Shown piece after piece: positions 22,636 to 36,296 of a stretch of DNA of 58,079 nt; positions within the stretch are counted from its first letter, which is position 1, and the number at the start of each line of letters is the position of its first letter. The notes beneath the pieces were generated by a model that was given only the letters and a program-made list of their open reading frames with translations, made no database searches and was not told the DNA's origin. The DNA is from Macrostomum lignano (taxonomy: Eukaryota), in the NCBI GenBank assembly GCA_002269645.1, contig NIVC01001895.1:1-58079 (forward strand), in the 5' to 3' direction. Position numbers and translations under genes: made by a program.

Positions 22636-23324
22636 GTCACATAAATTTTTTGGTGCTAAATTGGAATCTCGGCTTGGCTCTGCTCGTGCAATTAACGGTC
22701 TTGAGGGCCAACCCCCAAGGCGCAGTGAAGTGTACATGCCTAACGATAAATAAAGTTAGAGCCGCTGTACACTCCTGTGTGAGTGTGTGCCTGTGCGTAT
22801 GACTGCGTACGTATCCGCGCGCTTTTGTGCCTGCTCAGGGGAGTCGGCAGAATGGGCAGCAATGCCTCTAGCCGGTTGTGTGACAATGTCGCTTAGAGTG
22901 CGCCAGCTGGTGAACACAGCCTCCTCGGCCTGGAAATAAAAATTCTCTGAGCAATGACAGAATTTTTGAAAATTCAAAAATTTAAGTTTCTATTCCAGAT
23001 AGAAATCTCAAGTAGTCCTTGTACCCCCCCCCCCAAGTTTTGCTCCTCTTCCCCCTTTGCGTGGACTTCCAGATGCCCATTCGGTTAGCAGGGCGCTCTG
23101 ATGGAGGGGTGCGCGAGTCCAGCCAATCATCGGTTTTGCCTCCCAGTTTCATCACGTGCAGGATGAGGATGCGAGGGGATTAAAGAATTCAGTTTGCCTG
23201 CAAGACCTACGATGGTTTGTGATTTGGCTTCTCATATTTTTAATCATTTTTTCTGAGCTTCAGAGCACCTAAATGTTTGTCTAAATAGGTAAAATATTCA
23301 ACAAAATATCGAATTGCCAACAAG

Positions 23325-23431
23325 ATGGAGTTGGATGCAGATGATCGACTGCAGAACTCCGGCGATGTCGGTGAGAGGCTGGAGCAACAGCAACAACAGC
23401 AGCAGGCTCGGATTTCGGTTGTTCCAGCGAA
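23325..23431 (+). CDS. PACC1: PAC/TMEM206 homologue, probable exon 1 (MELDADDRLQNSGDVGERLEQQQQQQQARISVVPA)
   Basis: AAGATGG start context. Phase-2 donor GTATGC at 23432 is compatible with the TTGCAG acceptor before 24318. No homology evidence for this exon itself. Confidence 0.55.
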
Positions 23432-23519
23432 GTATGCAAAATCTATCGAGATACATTGTGAATGCAGAAACTTGGGAGGAAATTTATTATGAAAAACTAG
23501 TGTGAAAAAGACGGATATT

Positions 23520-24288
23520 AGATTAGATAAAACTAGACTAGATTATATTAAACTAGATTAGATCAGACTAGATTAGACTGGATTAAATTAGATTAGACTG
23601 GATTATATTGTACTAGACTAGGCTAGACTAGATTAGATTAGATTAGATTAGATTTAACTAGATTAGACTAGACTATATTAGATTAGATTAGACTAGATTA
23701 GACTAGACTAGACTAGACTAGACTAGACTAGACTAGACTAGATTAGATTAGACTAGACTAGACTAGACTAGACTAGACTAGACTAGACTAGACTAGACTA
23801 GACTAGACTAGACTAGACTAGACTATATTAGATTATATTAGACTAGATTAGATTAGACTAGACTAGACTAGACTAGACTAGATTATATTAGACTAGGCTA
23901 GACTAGACTAGACTAGACTAGATTATATTGGACTAGATTAGATTAGAGTAGAGTAGATTAGATTAGACTAGACTAGACTAGATTATATTAGACTAGATTA
24001 GATTAGAGTAGATTAGATTAGACTAGACTAGACTAGACTAGACTAGACTAGATTATATTGGACTAGGCTAGACTAGACTAGACTAGACTAGACTAGACTA
24101 GATTATATTGGACTAGATTAGATTAGAGTAGAGTAGATTAGATTAGACTAGACTAGACTAGATTATATTAGACTAGATTAGATTAGATTAGACTAGACTA
24201 GACTAGACTAGACTAGACTAGATTAGATTAGACTAGACTAGACTAGAATAGATTAGATTAGACTAGATTAGATTAGATTAGATTAGAT
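23520..24288. repeat. (TAGAC/TAGAT)n pentanucleotide microsatellite, PAC intron 1
   Basis: Directly visible. Confidence 0.97.
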
Positions 24289-24317
24289 ATCTACGCTCCC
24301 ACGCCATCGCATTGCAG

Positions 24318-24649
24318 CCCAGCCGCCCAGCCGTCACTCCGCCAGCGAACTTGGCTACAGAAGCGTCGCGCACTGATCCAATTCGCGCCGATAAACGGCC
24401 GGACAAGACAAAGAAAAAAGCGTCGATCAACGTCGTCGGATGCGGCTTCGGTGACAGCAGCGCCGACTGCGCAGCGGCACATGACCCGCAGCGAGTACGT
24501 GTGCAGACTGGTCTGCACCGCAGTGCTCACCGCCTTCGGCTTGGCTGCCTGCCTGTTCGCCGTGCAGCTGCTCGAGGAACTGCTGCTGGCGCTGCGGTTC
24601 CCGGTTCGGTCGCTCAAGCACCGACCGGTGGAAGAATTTGAGGCCCCTG
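24318..24649 (+). CDS. PACC1: PAC/TMEM206 homologue exon 2 (cytosolic N-terminus, TM1, start of ectodomain)
   Basis: Hydrophobic TM1 (LVCTAVLTAFGLAACLFAVQLL), then ALRFPVRSLKHRPVEEFEAP aligns without gaps to human KLKHPVMSVSYKEVDRYDAP (recalled). Phase-1 donor GTGCGT. Confidence 0.88.
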
Positions 24650-24655
24650 GTGCGT

Positions 24656-25233
24656 ATGAGCAGCTTCTGACCGATGCTTTATGAGCAGCTTCTGACTGAT
24701 GCTTTATGAGCAGCTTCTGACCGATGCTTTATGAGCAGCTTCTGACCGATGCTTTATGAGCAGCTTCTGACCGATGCTTTATAAGCAGCTTCTGACCGAT
24801 GCTTTATGAGCAGCTTCTGACCGATGCTTTATGAGCAGCTTCTGACCGATGCTTTATGAGCAGCTTCTGACCGATGCTTTATGAGCAGCTTCTGACCGAT
24901 GCTTTATGAGCAGCTTCTGACCGATGCTTTATGAGCAGCTTCTGACCGATGCTTTATGAGCAGCTTCTGACCGATGCTGTATGAGCAGCTTCTGACTGAT
25001 GCTTTATGAGCAGCTTCTGACCGATGCTTTATGAGCAGCTTCTGACCGATGCTGTATGAGCAGCTTCTGACTGATGCTTTATGAGCAGCTTCTGACCGAT
25101 GCTTTATGAGCAGCTTCTGACCGATGCTTTATGAGCAGCTTCTGACCGATGCTTTATGAGCAGCTTCTGACCGATGCTTTATGAGCAGCTTCTGACCGAT
25201 GCTGTATGAGCAGCTTCTGACCGATGCTTTATG
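24656..25233. repeat. 25-bp minisatellite (ATGAGCAGCTTCTGACCGATGCTTT), about 23 copies
   Basis: Starts 6 nt after the exon-2 donor. Confidence 0.97.
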
Positions 25234-25244
25234 CTTTATATTCA

Positions 25245-25350
25245 TCCCATCCCTATCTATCCATCCAATCATCCCATCCCAATCTATCCCATCCCAATCC
25301 ATCCCATTCAAGCTATCCCATCCCAATCGATCCCATCCCCACCTATCCCT
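25245..25350. repeat. (ATCCC)n-like microsatellite
   Basis: Degenerate pentamer run. Confidence 0.8.
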
Positions 25351-25734
25351 TCTCAATGAGCATGACAACAATATCTTCCCTAGAAGCTGAGATCTCACAG
25401 ACAGCCTTTATTGCTGATGTGCCCTCGTCATAAATGAATTCTATATAAATATTGATACACAGGGAGTCTGTCTGAGCCCTCCCGTCCCATCAGGGCCTCC
25501 GTGGCTACTGCAGTTTATAATTAATAACAGGCAGCGCGGCGCACTGACTGCGCTTCCGGGATTTCAGGCTTAGGGATGCACTGGTGCACTCTAGTGGGTT
25601 GGATAAAAAGCAGGCTTTGAAAAAGATTGCTTCGAAGCCTATCTAACAGCGCCTGTCAGTCATGTTGTCAACTTTTTCTGCCTCAAAAACTGTCCACCAG
25701 ATGCTTACTCAGATGATTGTCACTTCAGGTGTCA

Positions 25735-27620
25735 GTAGTGGCGCCACTATCTCCCTCAGATCCTTCAGTAGTGGCGTCACTATCGCCATCAGATCCTTCA
25801 GTAGTGGCGCCACTATCTCCCTCAGATCCTTCAGTAGTGGCGCCATTATCTCCCTCAGATCCTTCAGTTGTGGCGTCACTATCGCCATCAGATCCTTCAG
25901 TAGTGGCGCCACTATCTCCCTCAGATCCTTCAGTAGTGGCGCCACTTTCTCCCTCAGATCCTTCAGTAGTGGCGCCACTATCTCCCTCAGATCCTTTAGT
26001 AGTGGCGCCATTATCTCCCTCAGATCCTTCAGTAGTGGCGCCACTATCTCTCTCAGATCCTTCAGTAGTGGCGCCACTATCTCCATCAGATCCTTCAGTA
26101 GTGGCGCCATTATCTCCCTCAGATCCTTCAGTAGTGGCGCCACTATCTCTCTCAGATCCTTCAGTAGTGGCGCCACTATCTCCCTCAGATCCTTCAGTAG
26201 TGGCGCCACTATCTCCCTCAGATCCTTCAGTAGTGGCGCCACTATCTCCCTCAGATCCTTCAGTAGTGGCGCCATTATCTCCCTCAGATCCTTCAGTAGT
26301 GGCGCCACTATCTCCATCAGATCCTTCAGTAGTGGCGCCACTATCTCCCTCAGATCCTTCAGTAGTGGCGCCACTATCTCTCTAAGATTCTTCAGTAGTG
26401 GCGCTACTGTCTCTCTCAGATCCTTCAGTAGTGGCGCCGCTGTCTCTCTCAGATCCTTCAGTAGTGGCGCCGCTGTCTCTCTCAGATCCTTTAGTAGTGG
26501 CGCCATTATCTCCCTCGGATCCTTTAGTAGTGGCGCCACTATCTCTCTAAGATCCTTCAGTAGTGGCGCCGCTGTCTCCCTCAGATCCTTCAGTAGTGGC
26601 GCCACTATCTCTCTCAGATCCTTCAGTAGTGGCGCCACTATCTCCATCAGATCCTTCAGTAGTGGCGCCACTATCTCCATCAGATCCTTCAGTAGTGGCG
26701 CCATTATCTCCCTCAGATCCTTCAGTAGTGGCGCCACTATCTCTCTCAGATCCTTCAGTAGTGGCGCCACTATCTCCCTCAGATCCTTCAGTAGTGGCGC
26801 CACTATCTCCCTCAGATCCTTCAGTAGTGGCGCCACTATCTCCCTCAGATCCTTCAGTAGTGGCGCCACTATCTCCATCAGATCCTTCAGTAGTGGCGTC
26901 ACTATCGCCATCAGATCCTTCAGTAGTGGCGCCACTATCTCCCTCAGATCCTTCAGTAGTGGCGCCATTATCTCCCTCAGATCCTTCAGTTGTGGCGTCA
27001 CTATCGCCATCAGATCCTTCAGTAGTGGCGCCACTATCTCCCTCAGATCCTTCAGTAGTGGCGCCACTTTCTCCCTCAGATCCTTCAGTAGTGGCGCCAC
27101 TATCTCCCTCAGATCCTTTAGTAGTGGCGCCATTATCTCCCTCAGATCCTTCAGTAGTGGCGCCACTATCTCTCTCAGATCCTTCAGTAGTGGCGCCACT
27201 ATCTCCATCAGATCCTTCAGTAGTGGCGCCATTATCTCCCTCAGATCCTTCAGTAGTGGCGCCACTATCTCTCTCAGATCCTTCAGTAGTGGCGCCACTA
27301 TCTCCCTCAGATCCTTCAGTAGTGGCGCCACTATCTCCCTCAGATCCTTCAGTAGTGGCGCCACTATCTCCCTCAGATCCTTCAGTAGTGGCGCCATTAT
27401 CTCCCTCAGATCCTTCAGTAGTGGCGCCACTATCTCCATCAGATCCTTCAGTAGTGGCGCCACTATCTCCCTCAGATCCTTCAGTAGTGGCGCCACTATC
27501 TCCCTCATATCCTTCAGTAGTGGCGCCACTATCTCTCTCAGATCCTTCAGTAGTGGCGCCACTATCTCTCTCAGATCCTTCAGTAGTGGCGCCACTATCT
27601 CCCTCAGATCCTTCAGTAGT
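25735..27620. repeat. 33-bp minisatellite, about 57 copies, with internal block duplication
   Basis: Unit AGATCCTTCAGTAGTGGCGCCACTATCTCCCTC. The variant pattern recurs at an offset of 1122 bp (34 units). Confidence 0.97.
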
Positions 27621-28032
27621 TAGCGGCGCCCTTGATTGTCAACTGTGTTGTCAGCCTGTCAAAAATAAGCAAAATATCAGAGGCACACACCAATCAAACC
27701 AAACATCTGATACAAAATATTCCGTGTCATGATGTAAGCAGAAAAAATCTCTGATCGCCCAGGCACCCATTTTTATCATACAGAGAAACACTGGGAGAAT
27801 GGAGTAGATCTATGGGAAACAATTGCCTGGAACTGATATCCCGTGCGATCTAAGCTCCATTGTTTGACAACCCCAGACAATGGCTCGTATATTGTTGTTG
27901 GTTGACTCGAAAAGACTGATTTCTGTTCAATTAATCAACTGACAGCTTAATCTAATTACCCGATAGGCTAAGGTTTATGAAGCAAGAAAAATCAATCAAT
28001 ATTTTTTCGCACTTGAATATGTTTCCAATCAG

Positions 28033-28107
28033 CCATCGTGATTTTCCCGGAGAAGGCGCACCTCGAGTCCTGCAATCATTTCAATGAGCTGCAGATGGAA
28101 TTTTGGA
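28033..28107 (+). CDS. PACC1: PAC/TMEM206 homologue exon 3
   Basis: (A)IVIFPEKAHLESCNHFNELQMEFW versus human GIALYPGQAQLLSCKHH (recalled). Acceptor TTTCCAATCAG, donor GTGAGT, phase 1/1, 75 nt. Absent from the ORF track. Confidence 0.88.
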
Positions 28108-28299
28108 GTGAGTTGTACTTTTATCATTTCTTCATGATCTCAAGTTGTATTTATTACTGTACAGTGGGTTCTAACCGATGTAGCTACTGATTCAAGGATG
28201 CTGATTTAGAGTTGTACATGTTTGCTAGTGAAATCCATGTTTGTGATTTGTTTATTTGATCTTGCTGTTCGGTTGTGGTTGATATTATTTTTATTGTTG

Positions 28300-28661
28300 C
28301 TGTTATTGTTGATGCTGTTGTTGTTGTTGTTGTTGATATATTTTTATTGTTGCTGTTATTTTTATTGTTGTTGTTATTGTTGATCTTGTTGTTGTTGTTA
28401 TTGTTGTTGTTGCTGCTGTTGCTACTGTTATTGTTTTGTTTTTGTTGTTTTTGTTGTTTTTATTGATATTGTTGTTGTTTTTGTTGTTTTTTGTTGTTGT
28501 TATTGTTTTTGTTGTTGTTGTTGCTATTGTTGTTGTTGTTAATGCTATCTATTGTTATTGTTAATTTTGTTGTTGTTGCTATTGTTATAGTTGTTGTTGT
28601 TGTTGTTGCTATTGTTGTTATTGTTAATGTTTTTGTTATTGTTAATGTTGTTGTTGTTGCT

Positions 28662-28703
<42 letters not shown>

Positions 28704-28815
28704 GCTATTGTTATTTTTGTTAATGTTGTTGTTATTGTTAATTTTGTTGTTGTTGCTATTGTTGTTGTTGCTAATGTTTTTTTTATTGTTTATGTTGTTG
28801 TTGTTGCTATTGTTA
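28300..28815. repeat. (TTG/TTA)n trinucleotide microsatellite, PAC intron 3
   Basis: Directly visible; yields the spurious poly-L/V ORFs. Confidence 0.95.
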
Positions 28816-28903
28816 TTTACCTTTGATACTTCTGTCTTGTGTGCTGGGATTAAATAGATATTTACCTATTAAAGTAATTCATGATTGACCGTCTTCATTG
28901 CAG

Positions 28904-29138
28904 ACAATGCCTCGGACTGGAATCTGCAAACAATAAACTGCACCTTCATCTCAGTGGAGTACAATGACCCTTACTCACTCCGGTTAAACGACTCCCATCC
29001 CGTAATAGTTTTTCGGGGACCGAGAAGGGTCAAGGAGAAGGAGACCGTGTTTCTGCACTTTGTCACCCACAGTCAAAGTCAGGACTTTTACACCATGTCG
29101 TTTCTGCTGATGCACAACTTCTCCGAGTTCAGTGCGCT
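28904..29138 (+). CDS. PACC1: PAC/TMEM206 homologue exon 4 (ectodomain)
   Basis: INCTFISVEYNDPYS..VIVFRGPRRVKEKETVFLHF..SQDFYTMSFLLMHNFSEF versus human MNCTTQRINYTDPFS..LIVQGPREVKKRELVFLQF..SEDFSAIDYLLFSSFQEF (recalled). Acceptor TTCATTGCAG, donor GTGAGT, phase 1/2. Confidence 0.92.
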
Positions 29139-29159
29139 GTGAGTTTGGAATTCGATGCT

Positions 29160-32100
29160 GATTTGTCACCTGAGTGAGCTATTGATGTGCTCATTTCTGT
29201 AATATGATTGTCACCTGAGTGAGCTATTGATGTGCTCATTTCTGTAATATGATTGTCACCTGAATGAGCTATTGATGTGCTCATTCATTTCTGTAATATG
29301 ATTGTCACCTGAGTGAGCTATTGATGTGCTCATTTCTGTAATATGATTGTCACCTGAGTGAGCTATCGATGTGCTCATTTCTGTAATATGATTGTCACCT
29401 GAGTGAGCTATTGATGTGCTCATTCATTTCTGTAATATGATTGTCACCTGAGTGAGCTATTGATGTGCTCATTTCTGTAATATGATTGTCACCTGAATGA
29501 GCTATTGATGTGCTCATTTCTGTAATATGATTGTCACCTGACTGAGCTATTGATGTGCTCATTTCTGTAATATGATTGTCACCTGAGTGAGCTATTGATG
29601 TGCTCATTTCTGTAATATGATTGTCACCTGACTGAGCTATTGATGTGCTCATTTCTGTAATATGATTGTCACCTGAGTGAGCTATTGATGTGCTCATTTC
29701 TGTAATATGATTGTCACCTGAGTGAGCTATTGATGTGCTCATTTCTGTAATATGATTGTCACCTGAGTGAGCTATTGATGTGCTGATATCTGTAATATGA
29801 TTGTCACCTGAGTGAGCTATTGATGTGCTCATTTCTGTAATATGATTGTCACCTGAGTGAGCTATTGATGTGCTGATATCTGTAATATGATTGTCACCTG
29901 AGTGAGCTATTGATGTGCCCATTTCTGTAATATGATTGTCACCTGAGTGAGCTATTGATGTGCTCATTTCTGTAATATGATTGTCACCTGAGTGAGCTAT
30001 TGATGTGCTCATTCATTTCTGTAATATGATTGTCACCTGAGTGAGCTATTGATGTGCTCATTTCTGTAATATGATTGTCACCTGAGTGAGCTATTGATGT
30101 GCTCATTTCTGTAATATGATTGTCACCTGAGTGAGCTATTGATGTGCTCATTCATTTCTGTAATATGATTGTCACCTGAGTGAGCTATTGATGTGCTCAT
30201 TTCTGTAATATGATTGTCACCTGACTGAGCTATTGATGTGCTGATATCTGTAATATGATTGTCACCTGAGTGAGCTATTGATGTGCTCATTTCTGTAATA
30301 TGATTGTCACCTGAGTGAGCTATTGATGTGCTCATTTCTGTAATATGATTGTCACCTGAGTGAGCTATTGATGTGCTCATTCATTTCTGTAATATGATTG
30401 TCACCTGAGTGAGCTATTGATGTGCTCATTTCTGTAATATGATTGTCACCTGACTGAGCTATTGATGTGCTGATATCTGTAATATGATTGTCACCTGAGT
30501 GAGCTATTGATGTGCTCATTTCTGTAATATGATTGTCACCTGAGTGAGCTATTGATGTGCTCATTTCTGTAATATGATTGTCACCTGAATGAGCTATTGA
30601 TGTGCTCATTTCTGTAATATGATTGTCACCTGAATGAGCTATTGATGTGCTCATTTCTGTAATATGATTGTCACCTGAGTGAGCTATTGATGTGCTCATT
30701 TCTGTAATATGATTGTCACCTGAGTGAGCTATTGATGTGCTCATTTCTGTAATATGATTCTCACCTGACTGAGCTATTGATGTGCTCATTTCTGTAATAT
30801 GATTGTCACCTGAGTGAGCTATTGATGTGCTCATTTCTGTAATATGATTGTCACCTGAGTGAGCTATTGATGTGCTCATTTCTGTAATATGATTGTCACC
30901 TGAGTGAGCTATTGATGTGCTCATTCATTTCTGTAATATGATTGTCACCTGAGTGAGCTATTGATGTGCTCATTTCTGTAATATGATTGTCACCTGACTG
31001 AGCTATTGATGTGCTGATATCTGTAATATGATTGTCACCTGAGTGAGCTTTTGATGTGCTCATTTCTGTAATATGATTGTCACCTGAGTGAGCTATTGAT
31101 GTGCTCATTTCTGTAATATGATTGTCACCTGAATGAGCTATTGATGTGCTCATTTCTGTAATATGATTGTCACCTGAATGAGCTATTGATGTGCTCATTT
31201 CTGTAATATGATTGTCACCTGAGTGAGCTATTGATGTGCTCATTTCTGTAATATGATTGTCACCTGAGTGAGCTATTGATGTGCTCATTTCTGTAATATG
31301 ATTCTCACCTGACTGAGCTATTGATGTGCTCATTTCTGTAATATGATTGTCACCTGAGTGAGCTATTGATGTGCTCATTTCTGTAATATGATTGTCACCT
31401 GAGTGAGCTATTGATGTGCTCATTTCTGTAATATGATTGTCACCTGAGTGAGCTATTGATGTGCTCATTCATTTCTGTAATATGATTGTCACCTGAGTGA
31501 GCTATTGATGTGCTCATTTCTGTAATATGATTGTCACCTGACTGAGCTATTGATGTGCTGATATCTGTAATATGATTGTCACCTGAGTGAGCTTTTGATG
31601 TGCTCATTTCTGTAATATGATTGTCACCTGAGTGAGCTATTGATGTGCTCATTTCTGTAATATGATTGTCACCTGAATGAGCTATTGATGTGCTCATTTC
31701 TGTAATATGATTGTCACCTGAATGAGCTATTGATGTGCTCATTTCTGTAATATGATTGTCACCTGAGTGAGCTATTGATGTGCTCATTTCTGTAATATGA
31801 TTGTCACCTGAGTGAGCTATTGATGTGCTCATTTCTGTAATATGATTCTCACCTGACTGAGCTATTGATGTGCTCATTTCTGTAATATGATTGTCACCTG
31901 AGTGAGCTATTGATGTGCTCATTTCTGTAATATGATTGTCACCTGAGTGAGCTATTGATGTGCTCATTCATTTCTGTAATATGATTGTCACCCGAGTGAG
32001 CTATTGATGTGCTCATTTCTGTAATATGATTGTCACCTGACTGAGCTATTGATGTGCTGATATCTGTAATATGATTGTCACCTGAGTGAGCTATTGATGT

Positions 32101-35100
32101 GCTCATTTCTGTAATATGATTGTCACCTGAGTGAGCTATTGATGTGCTCATTTCTGTAATATGATTGTCACCTGAGTGAGCTATTGATGTGCTCATTTCT
32201 GTAATATGATTGTCACCTGAGTGAGCTATCGATGTGCTCATTTCTGTAATATGATTGTCACCTGAGTGAGCTATTGATGTGCTCATTTCTGTAATATGAT
32301 TGTCACCTGAGTGAGCTATTGATGTGCTCATTTCTGTAATATGATTGTCACCTGAGTGAGCTATTGATGTGCTCATTTCTGTAATATGATTGTCACCTGA
32401 GTGAGCTATTGATGTGCTGATATCTGTAATATGATTGTCACCTGAGTGAGCTATTGATGTGCTCATTTCTGTAATATGATTGTCACCTGAGTGAGCTATT
32501 GATGTGCTCATTTCTGTAATATGATTGTCACCTGAGTGAGCTATTGATGTGCTCATTTCTGTAATATGATTGTCACCTGAGTGAGCTATTGATGTGCTCA
32601 TTTCTGTAATATGATTGTCACCTGAGTGAGTTATTGATGTGCTGATATCTGTAATATGATTGTCACCTGAGTGAGCTATCGATGTGCTGATATCTGTAAT
32701 ATGATTGTCACCTGAGTGAGCTATTGATGTGCTCATTTCTGTAATATGATTGTCACCTGAGTGAGCTATTGATGTGCTCATTTCTGTAATATGATTGTCA
32801 CCTGAGTGAGCTATTGATGTGCTCATTTCTGTAATATGATTGTCACCTGAGTGAGCTATTGATGTGCTCATTTCTGTAATATGATTGTCACCTGAGTGAG
32901 CTATTGATGTGCTCATTTCTGTAATATGATTGTCACCTGAGTGAGCTATTGATGTGCTCATTTCTGTAATATGATTGTCACCTGAGTGAGCTATTGATGT
33001 GCTCATTTCTGTAATATGATTGTCACCTGAGTGAGCTATTGATGTGCTCATTTCTGTAATATGATTGTCACCTGACTGAGCTATTGATGTGCTCATTTCT
33101 GTAATATGATTGTCACCTGAGTGAGCTATTGATGTGCTCATTTCTGTAATATGATTGTCACCTGAATGAGCTATTGATGTGCTCATTTCTGTAATATGAT
33201 TGTCACCTGAATGAGCTATTGATGTGCTCATTTCTGTAATATGATTGTCACCTGAGTGAGCTATTGATGTGCTCATTTCTGTAATATGATTGTCACCTGA
33301 GTGAGCTATTGATGTGCTCATTTCTGTAATATGATTCTCACCTGACTGAGCTATTGATGTGCTCATTTCTGTAATATGATTGTCACCTGAGTGAGCTATT
33401 GATGTGCTCATTTCTGTAATATGATTGTCACCTGAATGAGCTATTGATGTGCTCATTTCTGTAATATGATTGTCACCTGAGTGAGCTATTGATGTGCTCA
33501 TTTCTGTAATATGATTGTCACCTGAGTGAGCTATTGATGTGCTCATTTCTGTAATATGATTGTCACCTGAGTGAGCTATTGATGTGCTCATTTCTGTAAT
33601 ATGATTGTCACCTGAGTGAGCTATTGATGTGCTCATTCATTTCTGTAATATGATTGTCACCTGAGTGAGCTATTGATGTGCTCATTTCTGTAATATGATT
33701 GTCACCTGACTGAGCTATTGATGTGCTGATATCTGTAATATGATTGTCACCTGAGTGAGCTATTGATGTGCTCATTTCTGTAATATGATTGTCACCTGAG
33801 TGAGCTATTGATGTGCTCATTTCTGTAATATGATTGTCACCTGAGTGAGCTATTGATGTGCTCATTCATTTCTGTAATATGATTGTCACCTGAGTGAGCT
33901 ATTGATGTGCTCATTTCTGTAATATGATTGTCACCTGACTGAGCTATTGATGTGCTGATATCTGTAATATGATTGTCACCTGAGTGAGCTATTGATGTGC
34001 TCATTTCTGTAATATGATTGTCACCTGAGTGAGCTATTGATGTGCTCATTTCTGTAATATGATTGTCACCTGAATGAGCTATTGATGTGCTCATTTCTGT
34101 AATATGATTGTCACCTGAATGAGCTATTGATGTGCTCATTTCTGTAATATGATTGTCACCTGAGTGAGCTATTGATGTGCTCATTTCTGTAATATGATTG
34201 TCACCTGAGTGAGCTATTGATGTGCTCATTTCTGTAATATGATTGTCACCTGACTGAGCTATTGATGTGCTCATTTCTGTAATATGATTGTCACCTGAGT
34301 GAGCTATTGATGTGCTCATTTCTGTAATATGATTGTCACCTGAATGAGCTATTGATGTGCTCATTTCTGTAATATGATTGTCACCTGAGTGAGCTATTGA
34401 TGTGCTCATTTCTGTAATATGATTGTCACCTGAGTGAGCTATTGATGTGCTCATTTCTGTAATATGATTGTCACCTGAGTGAGCTATTGATGTGCTCATT
34501 TCTGTAATATGATTGTCACCTGAGTGAGCTATTGATGTGCTCATTCATTTCTGTAATATGATTGTCACCTGAGTGAGCTATTGATGTGCTCATTTCTGTA
34601 ATATGATTGTCACCTGAGTGAGCTATTGATGTGCTCATTTCTGTAATATGATTGTCACCTGAGTGAGCTATTGATGTGCTCATTTCTGTAATATGATTGT
34701 CACCTGAGTGAGCTATTGATGTGCTCATTTCTGTAATATGATTGTCACCTGACTGAGCTATTGATGTGCTCATTTCTGTAATATGATTGTCACCTGAGTG
34801 AGCTATTGATGTGCTGATATCTGTAATATGATTGTCACCTGAGTGAGCTATTGATGTGCTCATTTCTGTAATATGATTGTCACCTGAGTGAGCTATTGAT
34901 GTGCTCATTTCTGTAATATGATTGTCACCTGAGTGAGCTATTGATGTGCTCATTTCTGTAATATGATTGTCACCTGAGTGAGCTATTGATGTGCTCATTT
35001 CTGTAATATGATTGTCACCTGAGTGAGCTATTGATGTGCTGATATCTGTAATATGATTGTCACCTGAGTGAGCTATTGATGTGCTCATATCTGTAATATG

Positions 35101-35945
35101 ATTGTCACCTGAGTGAGCTATTGATGTGCTCATTTCTGTAATATGATTGTCACCTGAGTGAGCTATTGATGTGCTCATTTCTGTAATATGATTGTCACCT
35201 GAGTGAGCTATTGATGTGCTCATTTCTGTAATATGATTGTCACCTGAGTGAGCTATTGATGTGCTCATTTCTGTAATATGATTGTCACCTGAGTGAGCTA
35301 TTGATGTGCTCATTTCTGTAATATGATTGTCACCTGAGTGAGCTATTGATGTGCTCATTTCTGTAATATGATTGTCACCTGAGTGAGCTATTGATGTGCT
35401 CATTTCTGTAATATGATTGTCACCTGAGTGAGCTATTGATGTGCTCATTTCTGTAATATGATTGTCACCTGAGTGAGCTATTGATGTGCTCATTTCTGTA
35501 ATATGATTGTCACCTGAGTGAGCTATTGATGTGCTCATTTCTGTAATATGATTGTCACCTGAGTGAGCTATTGATGTGCTCATTTCTGTAATATGATTGT
35601 CACCTGAGTGAGCTATTGATGTGCTCATTTCTGTAATATGATTGTCACCTGAGTGAGCTATTGATGTGCTCATTTCTGTAATATGATTGTCACCTGAGTG
35701 AGCTATTGATGTGCTCATTTCTGTAATATGATTGTCACCTGAGTGAGCTATCGATGTGCTGATATCTGTAATATGATTGTCACCTGACTGAGCTATCGAT
35801 GTGCTGATATCTGTAACATGATTGCACCTGAGCTGATGTGCTGATATGTATGATTGTCACCTGAGTGAGCTATTGATGTGCTGATTTCTGTAATATGATT
35901 GTCACCTGAGTGAGCTATTGATGTGTTGACTTCCGTAATATGATC
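29160..35945. repeat. 45-bp satellite, about 150 copies (6.8 kb), PAC intron 4, with higher-order structure
   Basis: Unit GATTGTCACCTGAGTGAGCTATTGATGTGCTCATTTCTGTAATAT. A 544-bp period (12 units + 4 nt) is visible at 30352/30896/31440. Confidence 0.98.
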
Positions 35946-36009
35946 ATTATGTTTCAATTAATAATTCAATCAAAAAGCACTCCAAAAACCGTACTGATCA
36001 TGTTTTCAG

Positions 36010-36166
36010 ACCGGACCAACTCAGATTAGACCGCATAGCCCGAGCTCACGCCCAGGAGTCCTTGCACGCTGCGTCGGCAGGCCTGCGCCTGTGGGGCAAG
36101 ATCAGCATGACCCAGCTGCACCTGGAAGATGGAGAAGGACCAGCTAGGACCATTCTAGATATGGAG
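36010..36166 (+). CDS. PACC1: PAC/TMEM206 homologue exon 5
   Basis: SAGLRLWGKISMTQLHLEDGEGPARTILDME versus human SGGFRTWVKMSLVKTKEEDGREAVEFRQE (recalled). Acceptor TGTTTTCAG in phase 2 completes the CT|A Leu codon. Phase-0 donor GTCAGC. Confidence 0.87.
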
Positions 36167-36296
36167 GTCAGCGGGGCTTTCTCGGATCCAAATATTGGTT
36201 GCCTAATATATTTTCAGAGTGTCAGGGGGCAGAGCTTTCCCAAACCCTAAATTTCACAACGTCGGAAACAAAACTTGCATCAGACTGCATAAACTA

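Noticed and set aside
23371-24287. Alternative PAC exon 1/2 junctions (donor 23371 to acceptor 24287, or an acceptor inside the microsatellite at 24282)
   Set aside because: Both are frame-compatible but lack a pyrimidine tract. The 23432 donor with the TTGCAG acceptor at 24318 was preferred; this needs cDNA.
25760-25790. CTCF-like motif in the 33-bp monomer
   Set aside because: It is one base short of the CCASYAGRKGGCRS spacing, and CTCF presence in this host is unknown.
28275-28857. Poly-Leu/Val membrane-protein-like ORFs
   Set aside because: Translation of a (TTG)n microsatellite.
25662-35718. Long repetitive ORFs (653, 628, 565 and 400 aa, among others)
   Set aside because: They are read-through of 33-bp and 45-bp satellites (multiples of 3) inside PAC introns. 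The 45-bp array is repeatedly broken by 4-nt insertions, which argues against coding selection.
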